A stretch of 63,931 nucleotides of DNA, filler included, from Octopus bimaculoides (Eukaryota): assembly GCF_001194135.2 (NCBI RefSeq). It is 7 parts of 6 records of this genome, joined end to end, with 100 filler letters (N's around TTAATTAATTAA, not from the genome) between each part and the next. Parts side by side here need not be neighbours in the genome. Positions count along the whole stretch, not along the records: positions 25,784 to 31,261 come from NC_068985.1; positions 31,362 to 35,567 come from NC_068996.1; positions 35,668 to 58,579 come from NC_068989.1; 4 more parts are not named here. One strand, given 5' to 3'. A program made the translations under genes and the position numbers. This document shows, one piece after another, positions 27,202 to 38,600 of this stretch. Position 1 is the stretch's first letter. Every line of letters begins with the position of its first letter. The notes beneath the pieces were generated by a model that ran no database searches, was not told the DNA's origin, and saw only the letters and a list, made by a program, of their open reading frames with translations.

Positions 27202-27337
27202 ATTAATCAAAATGTCAAGCCCATATCTGAATGCAGTGACTTGCACTGGGAGTATGCTATCAAATAGCTGCTGTCTCATTTATGGTCTCCAAGTCTATAC
27301 TCAATATCACAGCTTTGCAGCAACATTGCTTTGCCAG
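27202..27337 (+). CDS. Class C GPCR (7tm_3; GABA-B/GPR156-like), internal exon encoding ICL1-TM2-ECL1
   Basis: Acceptor cacatag| and donor CAG|gtaaac. Open frame (R)LIKMSSPYLNAVTCTGSMLSNSCCLIYGLQVYTQYHSFAATLLCQ. IKMSSPxLN is the hallmark ICL1/TM2 motif of GABA-B/GPR156 receptors. Ends in phase 0, matching the next exon. Confidence 0.9.
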
Positions 27338-28334
27338 GTAAACTATTGTTGCTGTTATTATCAAAACTCTTATTGAGCTTTCATTGACCTACCTATTTCT
27401 GAATCTGCCTGTCTGTGTGTCTGTCTGTCTGTGTATCTGTCAGCCTGTGTGTCTGTCTGTCTGTCTGTGTCTGTCTGTATGCCTGTCTGTCTGCGTGCCT
27501 GCCTGTCTTTGTGCTTGTGTGTGTGTGTTTGTGTGTGTGTCTGTGTGTGTGTGTGTGTGTGTGTCTGTCTGTCTGTGTCTGTCTCTCTGACTCTGTTTGT
27601 CTGTCTTTCTCTCTCTCTCTCTCTCTCCCTCTCTCCCTCTCTCTCTCAATCGCTCTCTTCCTATTTCTCATTCATGCACATATACCTTCATATCATGAAA
27701 GCATGTGTCAATTAATGGTTTAATAAAAAATTATGATTATGGCTGAGAGATAGCAATTTACTCAAAGTAGCTACCCTCAGCTTCTACCATGGCCTCAAGG
27801 GTCAGCTCCCGAAACCTTGCACATCCTTTCCACATATTTCCCCAGGAAGATCCTCGAATACCTTCTTGATCTTGGTCACTGGCTCACCTTTGGTGTCGCA
27901 AGCAGAGCAGTTGCTGTCTTTGTCAACCACACTTAGTAATCCATGGGATTACAATCAGGAAAATTAGGAGGCCAGTAATTGTGGTTAGTGAAATTGTTGA
28001 AATTCAAGGAAGCTGCGACGTGTTTTCCAAGGAGGAGCAAATAAAGCGAGCAGACGACATACTTTATCATGTGACCAAATAGAACGGCAGACGACGCATT
28101 GTATTATGTGACCAAATAGAACGTGCAGATGACGTTTCACATGAAAACTGATAATGGCTTGAATGCGTGAAAAACATGCTTATGTGTCTAGAGAAATGGA
28201 GAATGCAAATGTTAAATTGAAATTTTCTTGAAATTTTTTTTTTTTAATCATTTTAAAAACAGTGAAATTAGGAAAGTGAAAAAATATTTGATCAATATTT
28301 GATCGAGTTTAGTTTACGTTGACGGAGATAGTAT

Positions 28335-28378
<44 letters not shown>

Positions 28379-28399
28379 ACGCACACACACTCTTTTAAT

Positions 28400-28766
28400 C
28401 TTTTACTTTGTCATTTGACCGCGGCCATGCTGGAACACCACCTTGAAGGGTTTTAATCAAAGAAGTTGACCCCACGACTTATTTTGTTTTAAAGCTTAGT
28501 ACTTATTCTATCGGTGTCTTTTGCCGAACCGCTAAGTTACAGGGTCATAAACACACCAACACCGGTTGTCAAGCGGTGATGGTAGGGACAAACACAAAGA
28601 CAAATGCATAGATATATACATATATATTTACGATGGGCTTTGTTCAGTTTCCGTCTACCAAATCCACTTACAAGGCATTGGTCGGTCTAAGGGTATAGTA
28701 GAAGACACTTACCCAAGCTGCCACGTAGTGGGACTGAACTCGGAACCATGTGGTTAGGAAGCGCAC
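28400..28766 (-). mobile_element. CORE-type tRNA SINE in a GPCR intron
   Basis: Family match; runs into the gap at 28767. Confidence 0.85.
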
Positions 28767-29564
28767 NNNNNNNNNNNNNNNNNNNNNNNNNNNNNNNNNN
28801 NNNNNNNNNNNNNNNNNNNNNNNNNNNNNNNNNNNNNNNNNNNNNNNNNNNNNNNNNNNNNNNNNNNNNNNNNNNNNNNNNNNNNNNNNNNNNNNNNNNN
28901 NNNNNNNNNNNNNNNNNNNNNNNNNNNNNNNNNNNNNNNNNNNNNNNNNNNNNNNNNNNNNNNNNNNNNNNNNNNNNNNNNNNNNNNNNNNNNNNNNNNN
29001 NNNNNNNNNNNNNNNNNNNNNNNNNNNNNNNNNNNNNNNNNNNNNNNNNNNNNNNNNNNNNNNNNNNNNNNNNNNNNNNNNNNNNNNNNNNNNNNNNNNN
29101 NNNNNNNNNNNNNNNNNNNNNNNNNNNNNNNNNNNNNNNNNNNNNNNNNNNNNNNNNGTGAAAATTGAAGAATTGGAAATGGGGGATAAAGATTTTAAAA
29201 TCCGGCTCTTTTTGCAGAATCAGACTCTCTGTACTCGAAAATGGGGGATTTTGTAACAGAAAAAAAAAAAAACGAAAGGGGATGCGGTTCACATTCTTTA
29301 CGTCCGTCTAGTTTCACTGGTTTTGGTCGAATTAAATTCATATTTATTTATTCATTTATTTGGAGCCCTTTGCACATGCATTTTACCTATGTCGTCTTTT
29401 CTTAAAACTCCTAACAGTTCTCTTGCAGTAAGTATGTTCTATAGTCACATTCGCAGTAGGTTTTGAGCTCGAGAGCCAACACTTTAATAACAAAATAATT
29501 TCCATTCACCTGTTCTCTCATTCGAGACAGTCTTTTCCTCATTTAACTCTGCCTTCCATTTCAG

Positions 29565-29672
29565 ATACGTGCTTGGTTTCTGGTTTGTTCTTTTACTCTG
29601 ATTTTGGTGCCAATTTTGGCGAAATGTTGGCGTGTCAACCAAATCTTCAAGAAAGCAGCTTTCAAGAGGATA
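29565..29672 (+). CDS. Class C GPCR (GABA-B/GPR156-like), internal exon encoding TM3-ICL2
   Basis: Acceptor ccttccatttcag| and donor ATA|gtaagt. 108 nt, phase 0-0: IRAWFLVCSFTLILVPILAKCWRVNQIFKKAAFKRI, matching the class C TM3 motif KxWRVxxIF. Confidence 0.9.
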
Positions 29673-30727
29673 GTAAGTAATAACACACACACATATTACA
29701 TTTTCATCCAATGGCTTTCTGGGTGTCAGCGCAGTGGGTAATTGTGGTTTAGTTTCAGCTCAGCATTGACTTGAGTAGTACAGTGTTTAAGCACATTCCA
29801 GCTGTGATTATGCCTTTTTCCAGGCATAGGCTATCCGTTATTCTAAGTTTTTTTATCCTTTCAAATCCTTAAGTAACAATTTTGAACTTGATTTAATTGT
29901 TATTTCTGGCAGATCAAACAATAATAATAATAAAGATTTCGCCTACGATATTAACTGAATTATTTTAATGGCTATTATCTTGTCAGACTATAAATTAATT
30001 TTGAACTAAAATTTAAATAAATTTATTGCTGGTTATCTTGAGAAATAAAAATGGCTAATACATATATAGGTTTAAAGCAAGTGAAACATTAATGTATGAC
30101 AAAAGATACAGATATAAAGAATACACATGATGGAATCCCCTTAAAGTAATCAATGTACTGTAATAAACCTTTCAGTTTTAGAAATTCTTTGTGAGGAGAT
30201 CCTGTAGATTCAATTTTGGCCTAATGCGAGAAATGTGAGGATCACAGGATGAGAAGTATTTAATGGATGGTGAACTGAAAAAACAAATGTTGTCTGGAAG
30301 ATGATCTAATTGAGATCTAGTATTGAGTCAAAGGAATTTTAGCAGAGATGTATTTGGAGATTCAGTTGATATCTTAACTGAAACGTAAATTGTAGGTCTG
30401 TCATCACAAAGATAATCATAAAGATAACTCATGTTTTGAAACCACCAAACAATGACATTTCCACCTTGCGCCAAGAAATACTATATCGTATAGATGTGTT
30501 GATAGCATTAATGTCACAGATGGAGAAATAACGAAGGATTATTCAGTTGAGTTATTAAATAGAAACGCTCCAAAGAAATACCACCAACTAGAAGTAGATT
30601 TGACTTTTTCTTTCGTAATATTGGCCGCCTTAAGTAATAATTTTGGATTTTTTCCATAGCTAATGGCTACTAAACCAACTAATGAAACAACAAATTTTTA
30701 AAACTTAACCGCACTACTACCACTACC

Positions 30728-30838
<111 letters not shown>

Positions 30839-30887
30839 TGAAGTTTCAGTTAAAGTTTGATTTAATTTTGCACATATGATTTGACAG

Positions 30888-31010
30888 GTTATTAAAGATT
30901 TACGGTTGTTTATTTTCATTGGAGCAAATCTATCTGTAGACATGATTTTCATGACATTCTGGCAAGCTCTGGATCCATTAAAGCATCGATTTATTCCAAT
31001 AATTACCAAA
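30888..31010 (+). CDS. Class C GPCR (GABA-B/GPR156-like), internal exon encoding TM4 and start of ECL2
   Basis: Acceptor gatttgacag| and donor AAA|gtaagt. 123 nt, phase 0-0: VIKDLRLFIFIGANLSVDMIFMTFWQALDPLKHRFIPIITK, matching IKDxxL...D...WxxxDP. Confidence 0.9.
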
Positions 31011-31361
31011 GTAAGTGATATTTATATATGTTTATCATTAGATTTATAACGTTTATAGATATGAGATTACATGACATTCATCCCATTCTCGATTTAGAAG
31101 ACAAGCTATATAACAACAACTGAGAACTGAGACTGTATCGCAAGTTTAACTCTAGGAACTCAATGCTGTAGAAGTTACTTTTATTTTCAAATAAGTTCTA
31201 ATAATACAAACCTAGGGTCAATGACATTCCAGACGTGAACATCTTGTTATTTTGTATGCCANNNNNNNNNNNNNNNNNNNNNNNNNNNNNNNNNNNNNNN
31301 NNNNNTTAATTAATTAANNNNNNNNNNNNNNNNNNNNNNNNNNNNNNNNNNNNNNNNNNNN

Positions 31362-31449
<88 letters not shown>

Positions 31450-32767
31450 AAGAGAGAAAGAGATAGATAGATAGATACATAGATACATAGATACATAGAA
31501 ATAAATATAGACAGATAGGTAGATAGGTAAATAGGTAGATAGACAGATAGATAGATACATACATACATACAGACAAATATACATATGTATATACATATAA
31601 ATACGTCCATATGTCTAGATATGATTGTGTATATTATACGCAAATACATGTAAACATAAATATGTGCGTGTGTGTGTATGTGTGCGTGTGTATGTGTGTG
31701 TGTGTGTGTGTGTGGCTTTGTATATACAGGAGATGATATATTACAAACACATACAGACACATAAGTGTATACATGTACATATACACAGAGTTGTATGCAT
31801 ACATAGCAGCAAATATCTACGCAGATTATATTGAGAATATGAATACATACATAGATACATACATACAAACATACATAGATATGTATGTGTATGCATGAAA
31901 ATATATGTACATATATATATATATATATAAATATATACCTATATAGGGTTACGTGTAAATATGTATGTGTATATATACATATGTATATATATATATATAT
32001 ATATATNNNNNNNNNNNNNNNNNNNNNNNNNNNNNNNNNNNNNNNNNNNNNNNNNNNNNNNNNNNNNNNNNNNNNNNNNNNNNNNNNNNNNNNNNNNNNN
32101 NNNNNNNNNNNNNNNNNNNNNNNNNNNNNNNNNNNNNNNNNNNNNNNNNNNNNNNNNNNNNNNNNNNNNNNNNNNNNNNNNNNNNNNNNNNNNNNNNNNN
32201 NNNNNNNNNNNNNNNNNNNNNNNNNNNNNNNNNNNNNNNNNNNNNNNNNNNNNNNNNNNNNNNNNNNNNNNNNNNNNNNNNNNNNNNNNNNNNNNNNNNN
32301 NNNNNNNNNNNNNNNNNNNNNNNNNNNNNNNNNNNNNNNNNNNNNNNNNNNNNNNNNNNNNNNNNNNNNNNNNNNNNNNNNNNNNNNNNNNNNNNNNNNN
32401 NNNNNNNNNNNNNNNNNNNNNNNNNNNNNNNNNNNNNNNNNNNNNNNNNNNNNNNNNNNNNNNNNNNNNNNNNNNNNNNNNNNNNNNNNNNNNNNNNNNN
32501 NNNNNNNNNNNNNNNNNNNNNNNNNNNNNNNNNNNNNNNNNNNNNNNNNNNNNNNNNNNNNNNNNNNNNNNNNNNNNNNNNNNNNNNNNNNNNNNNNNNN
32601 NNNNNNNNNNNNNNNNNNNNNNNNNNNNNNNNNNNNNNNNATCTCAACGCTTCTAAAAAAGCAAACTTCCATTGTTTATTTACGTTTGTCGTAATTTCAA
32701 TTTAACATATGAGAGCGTCTCATAAAGCGAGATTTATATATCTTAATTTGCAGAGGAATTTGTATTG

Positions 32768-32841
32768 GGTAGTTTAGCTTAATCGGTCAAAGCATCGTGA
32801 CATGTAATCACGGGGATGTGAGTTCATGTCCTCAGCTAGCC
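32768..32841 (+). pseudogene. Degenerate tRNA-like sequence (Thr-TGT-like) or SINE head
   Basis: D-arm GCTT/AAGC, anticodon stem CGTGA/TCACG with loop CATGTAA, T-arm TGAG-TTCATGTC-CTCA. The acceptor stem is imperfect and U33 is absent. Confidence 0.35.
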
Positions 32842-32926
32842 GCCTACACTTTTTTTGCAAAATAGGGGTAGTTTAACCTGTTCAGGCTATATTATTAGCA
32901 TTATTCTGCGATTAAGAATTTAAAAT

Positions 32927-32992
<66 letters not shown>

Positions 32993-33006
32993 TATGTATA
33001 TGTATA

Positions 33007-33365
33007 GGTTCTGGAGTGGCTGTGTGATAAGTAGCTTGTTACCAACCACATGGTTCCAGTTTCAGTCTCACAGCGTGGCACCTTGTCCTCTACTATAGCT
33101 TAGAGCTGACCAAAGCCTTATAAGTGAATTTGGTAGACAGAAACTGAAAGCAACCCGTCGCATATATGTGTGTGTGTGTGTATTTGTCCAACCCAACACC
33201 ATCCTTTGGCAACCGATGTTGGTGTGTTTACGTTCCCGTAACATAGTAATACGGAAATGTTCCGATACCTAGGCTTACAAAAAATTAGTCCTGAGTTCGA
33301 TTTCTTCGACAAAAAGTGGTACTCCAGCATCGCCGCAGTCAAACCAGTGAAAAAAATAAAGGAAT
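33007..33365 (+). mobile_element. CORE-type tRNA SINE with internal deletion
   Basis: ggagtggctgtgtgataagtagcttg...tactccagcatcgccgcagtcaaa...gaataaaagaa. Confidence 0.8.
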
Positions 33366-34519
33366 AAAAGAATGTGTGCGTAAATATGCATTACACATCT
33401 GATAAGCTAAATTTTGTCGTCAATTCATATCTCTGAAAATGATGGCTATATAAGCATATGTTTAAAAGTATATAATACACAGATACCATCGAGTAAATAC
33501 CATGTATATAGATAGATAAATAGATAGATAGATAGATAGATAAGGCGTTATGCCGTGTTTTTATGTGTAAATGTGCATGCATTAATATGTTAGTATGAGT
33601 GTCCCCATCATATATCCTCTTCCATATATATAGATATATATATGATATATATANNNNNNNNNNNNNNNNNNNNNNNNNNNNNNNNNNNNNNNNNNNNNNN
33701 NNNNNNNNNNNNNNNNNNNNNNNNNNNNNNNNNNNNNNNNNNNNNNNNNNNNNCATAGACTCCTACGCTCAGTGATTCTCACACACGCACACACACGCAC
33801 ACAGACACACACGCACACACGCACACACGCACACACACACTCACCCACTCAAACACACACATGCATTCACACCCATCTACGCACAGAAACACTCACCGTA
33901 TTGCTTTCTCTGTCCCTGTTTCTCTCTCTCTCTCTCTCTCTCCCTCTCTCTCTTTCTTCCTCTGTCTCTCTCTGTATCTCTCCCACTCCATCAATACTGC
34001 TGTGACACCGCAGCCGCCGTCAACTTTGTTCTTGTTTCCTTGCCTCGTTATACGCTGTTTGACGTCTTATTCATTTTCCTTCTCCGTTTGCAGCCTACTC
34101 GACGATGTCACCATCATCGGCGTCTCCATCTATTATACCGTTTGTTATTGCAATCACTGCCGTTGTGGTATTGTTGTTTTAAAGAAGCAATAGGTTATAT
34201 CTATCTCATCCTTCCTCTCTCTCTCTTATCTCTCATTCCTTCTATTCAATCATCGTTGTGTATCGCTTTACTTTACTCTCCGTTCTCTTTAACTCCGTCT
34301 CCTCTTTTTACCTCTATTTCCTTCTCTTTATTTTCCTCTCCCCCTTCTCTCTCTGTCTTTCTCTTTGTCTTTGTTACTATTTCCTGCGGTTTTTTTCTTT
34401 ATGGAAGCAGAAAACCTCTGAACAGCAGCAGCACAGAACAGAATAGACAAGCAGTGCACTGCATCACGAGGAGCTAGTCCATTTCTTTATAACAAGCGGC
34501 TATTCCAGTAATGGTGGAA

Positions 34520-34610
34520 AAGAAAGTAGCAGAAAAAAAGAAGAGGGGGGAGGAGGGGGAGGTTGAAGAAGGCGATGGGGGAGAAGCAGAAGAAGGAGGC
34601 GAAGAAGAAA

Positions 34611-34644
<34 letters not shown>

Positions 34645-34661
34645 AGAAGAAGAAGAAGAAG

Positions 34662-34692
<31 letters not shown>

Positions 34693-35234
34693 TGCTGATG
34701 ATGAAGAAGAGAAAGAAAAAAGGAAAAGTACGAGGAGGAGGAAGGGAAGAGGAGGAAGAATGAATCGACAGTGATGATGATGACGATGGCGATGGTGGTG
34801 GTGGTGGTGGTTGTGGTGGCAGTGGTGGTGGTGGCAGTAGTGGTGGTGGTGGTGGTGGTGGTGGTGCTGCTGCTGCAGATTCTGGTGGTGGTCTCGAGGT
34901 GTGGTGGTTATAATGATGGGGAGGACAAGAAGGAGGTGGAAGATCATAAATGATGATGGAAACGGAGAAGAAATGGAAATAAAGTTAAAGGAAAACTAAT
35001 TCAAAGCAGAGCCTACTCTAGTATCTGAGCTCAACTGAGCTGTGCTGACCTACATGTCAACTTTGACGAACTGCTGGATAAAGTCTCTGGGAGGCCGGAT
35101 TAGCTGCAACTTTGCTACGACAGAAATATAACTCCCCCTCCACCCCGTACTGACGGACGGCGGATGATGCTCTCTACTACGTCATCGTTATTATAGTCGT
35201 CATCGTCATCATCAAAGACGACATAGTTGTAGCT

Positions 35235-35283
<49 letters not shown>

Positions 35284-35327
35284 CAGCAGCAGCAACAGCA
35301 GTTGTAGTAGTGGTAATAATAATAATG

Positions 35328-35410
<83 letters not shown>

Positions 35411-35567
35411 GGTAATAATAATAATAATAATGATCACCACCACCACCAGCAGCAGCAGCCCTATCATTGACATCGTTACATCACCAGCATCATAATTATT
35501 GTTATCACCGTCATCATCGCGAACGTTATCGTCATATATCATCCTCGTCATCGTCATCATCATCATC
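34520..35567. repeat. Cluster of (GAA)n, (GGT)n, (TAG)n, (TAA)n and (CAT)n microsatellites
   Basis: Visible directly; source of the poly-E, poly-K, poly-S and poly-I ORFs. Confidence 0.95.
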
Positions 35568-35668
35568 NNNNNNNNNNNNNNNNNNNNNNNNNNNNNNNNN
35601 NNNNNNNNNNNTTAATTAATTAANNNNNNNNNNNNNNNNNNNNNNNNNNNNNNNNNNNNNNNNNNNNG

Positions 35669-36080
35669 CAGTTGACTATGATGCTGCTACACCAGTCATA
35701 GGGTATGACTCCTTCGTGTATCACCTGGTTCGTAATACGGGTGACTAGGCTATAGCCAACACTGCCAGATATTTTGAGCATCTCTGCAGTGATTCCTGAT
35801 GGGCCGGGGGCTTTCCCGGTCTTCATACTCTTAATTGCTTTATCTACCCTGGTACTATCAACTCGGATAGCTGGTCCCTCTATTGGGTCGGCATAAGGCA
35901 GGCTCTCTTTCTCCCATTCATTCTCTTTATTAAGCAATCTATCGTAGTGGCATCTCCAGACCTCTTTCTTTGCATCCTCATTTAATGCAAGCGTACCATC
36001 ATCCATGCGAACACATTTCTCTCCTACAACATCACTATTCTCTCTCCTACACTGTCTTGCAACCCGAAAAGAAACCATAA
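35669..36080 (-). mobile_element. RTE LINE ORF2 fragment (endonuclease-RT linker to start of RT)
   Basis: ...DVVGEKCVRMDDGTLAL...WRCHYDRLLN...VDKAIKSMKTGKAPGPSGITAEMLK...VIPYDWCSSIIVNC; GKAPGPxGI.AE.LK is the RT N-terminal motif. Confidence 0.9.
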
Positions 36081-36722
36081 TTTCTTAGAGTATGTGTTAA
36101 TCCCCATGTACCCAGACTTTGTGGACACCCTGTATATATATATATTTAATGTTTGTTTGTGTGTGTGTGTATCTGTTTGGTCTTATTGTGTGGTTGTTGT
36201 AAATGAATGTCACCTACATACAAGTAGTGTCATTCATTTCCAGCCCATGAGAATTATGTCTGTTGATTGAGAAATATTACCTTGCTTGGAAATGAATGAG
36301 GGTTAGCAATAGGAAGAGCATCCAGCCATAAAAAAATCTTCCTCAACGAATTCTGTATCACCCAGGCAAGCATGGAAAAGTGGATGTTCAAACAATGATA
36401 TTGACGATGATATTGGTAAGTGGCTATTTGTTAGTTTCAAATTTTGGCACAAGGCCAGCAATTTCAGGGGAGGAGCTAAGTCAATTAAATCAACTTAACT
36501 GGTACTTATTTTATCGACCCCAAAAGGACAAAAGGCAAAGTCGACCCTGGTAGCATTTGAACCCAGAAAATAAAGACAGACAAAATGCCACTTAGCATTT
36601 TGCCAGGCATGCTAACGATTCTACCAGCTTGCTGCCTATAAGTGGTTATGTATTAACATTGGAATAACACACAATTGACAAACTAACATGATTTATTTTT
36701 CATTTTATTTCCCCTAAATCAG

Positions 36723-36879
36723 AGCAAGCCGAAATGACTGGATACACAAACCTTATGTCATATTATGGACTTGGTAATTCCTACAATAAATTTTTTACAA
36801 AGAAAGTGAAAGAAGAACTCAGTGCATTTTTACCTACACTTCCCGGAAATATCGACACACCTGGCATTAATGATACAAG
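36723..36879 (+). CDS. MED19: Mediator complex subunit 19, internal exon (first visible exon)
   Basis: Acceptor ccctaaatcag| and donor AG|gtatac. (E)QAEMTGYTNLMSYYGLGNSYNKFFTKKVKEELSAFLPTLPGNIDTPGINDT aligns by eye with the MED19 core ELTGSTNLITHYNLEQAYNKFCGKKVKEKLSNFLPDLPGMIDLPG. Confidence 0.95.
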
Positions 36880-36932
36880 GTATACTTTATTGTTCTTTTT
36901 GTTTTCTTTTTGTCTTATTGGGTTATTGTTAT

Positions 36933-37320
36933 TTAACTCCAGTGGCATTCAGATTTCTTTATCAAATTTATTGCTTTTTTATTCACATAGTTTTGAATTA
37001 ATCATGCATTTTCTCATAGCTTTGAGATTTCAATGATGTAACTGTTTGTTTTTAGAATGACATTACAGGATAGGTGTGAGAAGCTGGATCTGGTCAGTTT
37101 GAACGGAAAACAAATTGAATATTTCGGCTGGGATATGGCTGGCTTAAATACTAAAGAGTTAACTCCTTTGGCATTCAAATTTCTTTATCAAATGTATTGC
37201 CTATTTATTTACATTTTTTTTCTCTTTAATCACACCTAATTTTGTAGCATCAAGATTTCAGTGGTGAGCTTCTATATTTTTAGAATGACATTGTAGGGTA
37301 TGTCTACAATGAAAATTTGT
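36933..37320 (+). mobile_element. TTAA-flanked (piggyBac-like) MITE, full copy plus truncated tandem copy
   Basis: TTAActcc...ctaaagagTTAA (36933-37162); the shared TTAA at 37159-37162 starts a second copy. Same family as 46763-47109. Confidence 0.7.
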
Positions 37321-38248
37321 ATTCATTTCATCATTTTGTATAAGCATCAAGAAATTTGATTAAAGTTAAGTTATGATGATTGTATGTGCTCCAGCATGGC
37401 TGCAGTCTAATGACTGAAACAAGTAAAAGCTAAAAGATAAGCTATATTTCCTCGTATAACCCATGGCAGCAAAGTATACTTCTGAAGTAATCTTTCATAT
37501 AATAGGTAGCACTCTAGTCATCATCATCATCATCATCTAATGTCTACTTTCCCATGCTATGTGGGTCAGATGGAATTTGTTGAGGCAGATTTTCTTAGAC
37601 TGAATGGCCTTCCTGTTGCCAACCCACCTGTTTCCAATCAAGGTAATATTTCTTCATGGCCAACCATTTTTCAAAGAAAACTGGAAATAAACAACATCAC
37701 TTATATGACAGTGACACTCATTTACAACCACATGATGTCAAAACATAGGGCACATACATACATACATGACAGCTTCTTTCAATTTCTGTATGCCAAATTC
37801 ATTCATTCATGCACAAGGCTTTGCTCAGCCCTGAGCGGGCTGTACTAGAAGACATTGGCCCCAGATGCTGTGCAGTCGCAGTATGACTGAACCTGTCCCC
37901 ACATTGCTGGGGAGTAAGCTTCCTACTATAGAGCCTTGTCTCCCAAAGTTGCTGGCCTTGTGCCAAAATCTGAACCTTATATTAGCATTCCCAACATGCC
38001 TCAGTTTTGCTCTTTTAGTGATCAAATTGTCCCTGCAATCTGATAAATCATTTGTTTTTTATTATGCTAATATTTTGTCATTTCATTCTGTTATGCCAAT
38101 ATTTTGTATTTTTCATCACATTATGTAAATACTGTTACCTCATTATGCAAATGCTTTTATCTCATGCAAATATTTTGTCTTCTCATCTCATTATGCAAAT
38201 TTCTTTTCATTTAATATTTCTCTTCTCCACTTATTTTCCTCTTTACAG

Positions 38249-38348
38249 CTCCCTTCGGTCAGTAATTGAAAAGCCACCAATCAGTACCCGGGAATTATTA
38301 CCATTGTCAGGTGCAAGCCTAGCAGGTTTCAGACTACACCCTGGTCCT
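38249..38348 (+). CDS. MED19: MED19 internal exon
   Basis: Acceptor ttcctctttacag| and donor CCT|gtaaat. (S)SLRSVIEKPPISTRELLPLSGASLAGFRLHPGP matches the MED19 SSLRSxIEKPP...LAGFRLHxGP motif. The phase-2 junction with the previous exon is consistent. Confidence 0.95.
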
Positions 38349-38419
38349 GTAAATATTCAATCTTATTTTATTCATTCACTTTCAAACCATTGTTTTCTTT
38401 GTTAAAACTTTTGTCTTTG

Positions 38420-38600
38420 CTGCTTGCTTAGATTCACTCCAGGACCATCTCGACCAGGGTAGGAGTAAGAAAAAAAAAGCGCCACCAGACCCAGTTTGTG
38501 TGCAGAAAGTGTGATATTGGACTCTGCCCATACCCTTGCTTCCAGCGGTACTACAGTTTGGTGGATTACAAGCTAGACTGCACTCCAGAACTCCATAGAC
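38420..38600 (+). mobile_element. piggyBac transposase C-terminal Cys-rich domain remnant
   Basis: CRKCDIGLCPYPCFQRYYS fits the piggyBac CRD end C-x2-C-x3-LC-x2-PCF-x2-YH. Confidence 0.65.

Noticed and set aside
34511-34774. Glu/Lys-rich ORF as a candidate MED19 exon 1
   Set aside because: It is a (GAA)n microsatellite with no MED19 N-terminal motif and no suitable phase-1 donor.
30888-36879. Possible GPCR-MED19 fusion or read-through
   Set aside because: The GPCR exon ends in phase 0 and the MED19 exon starts in phase 1, so direct splicing is out of frame; missing exons are better explained by gaps.
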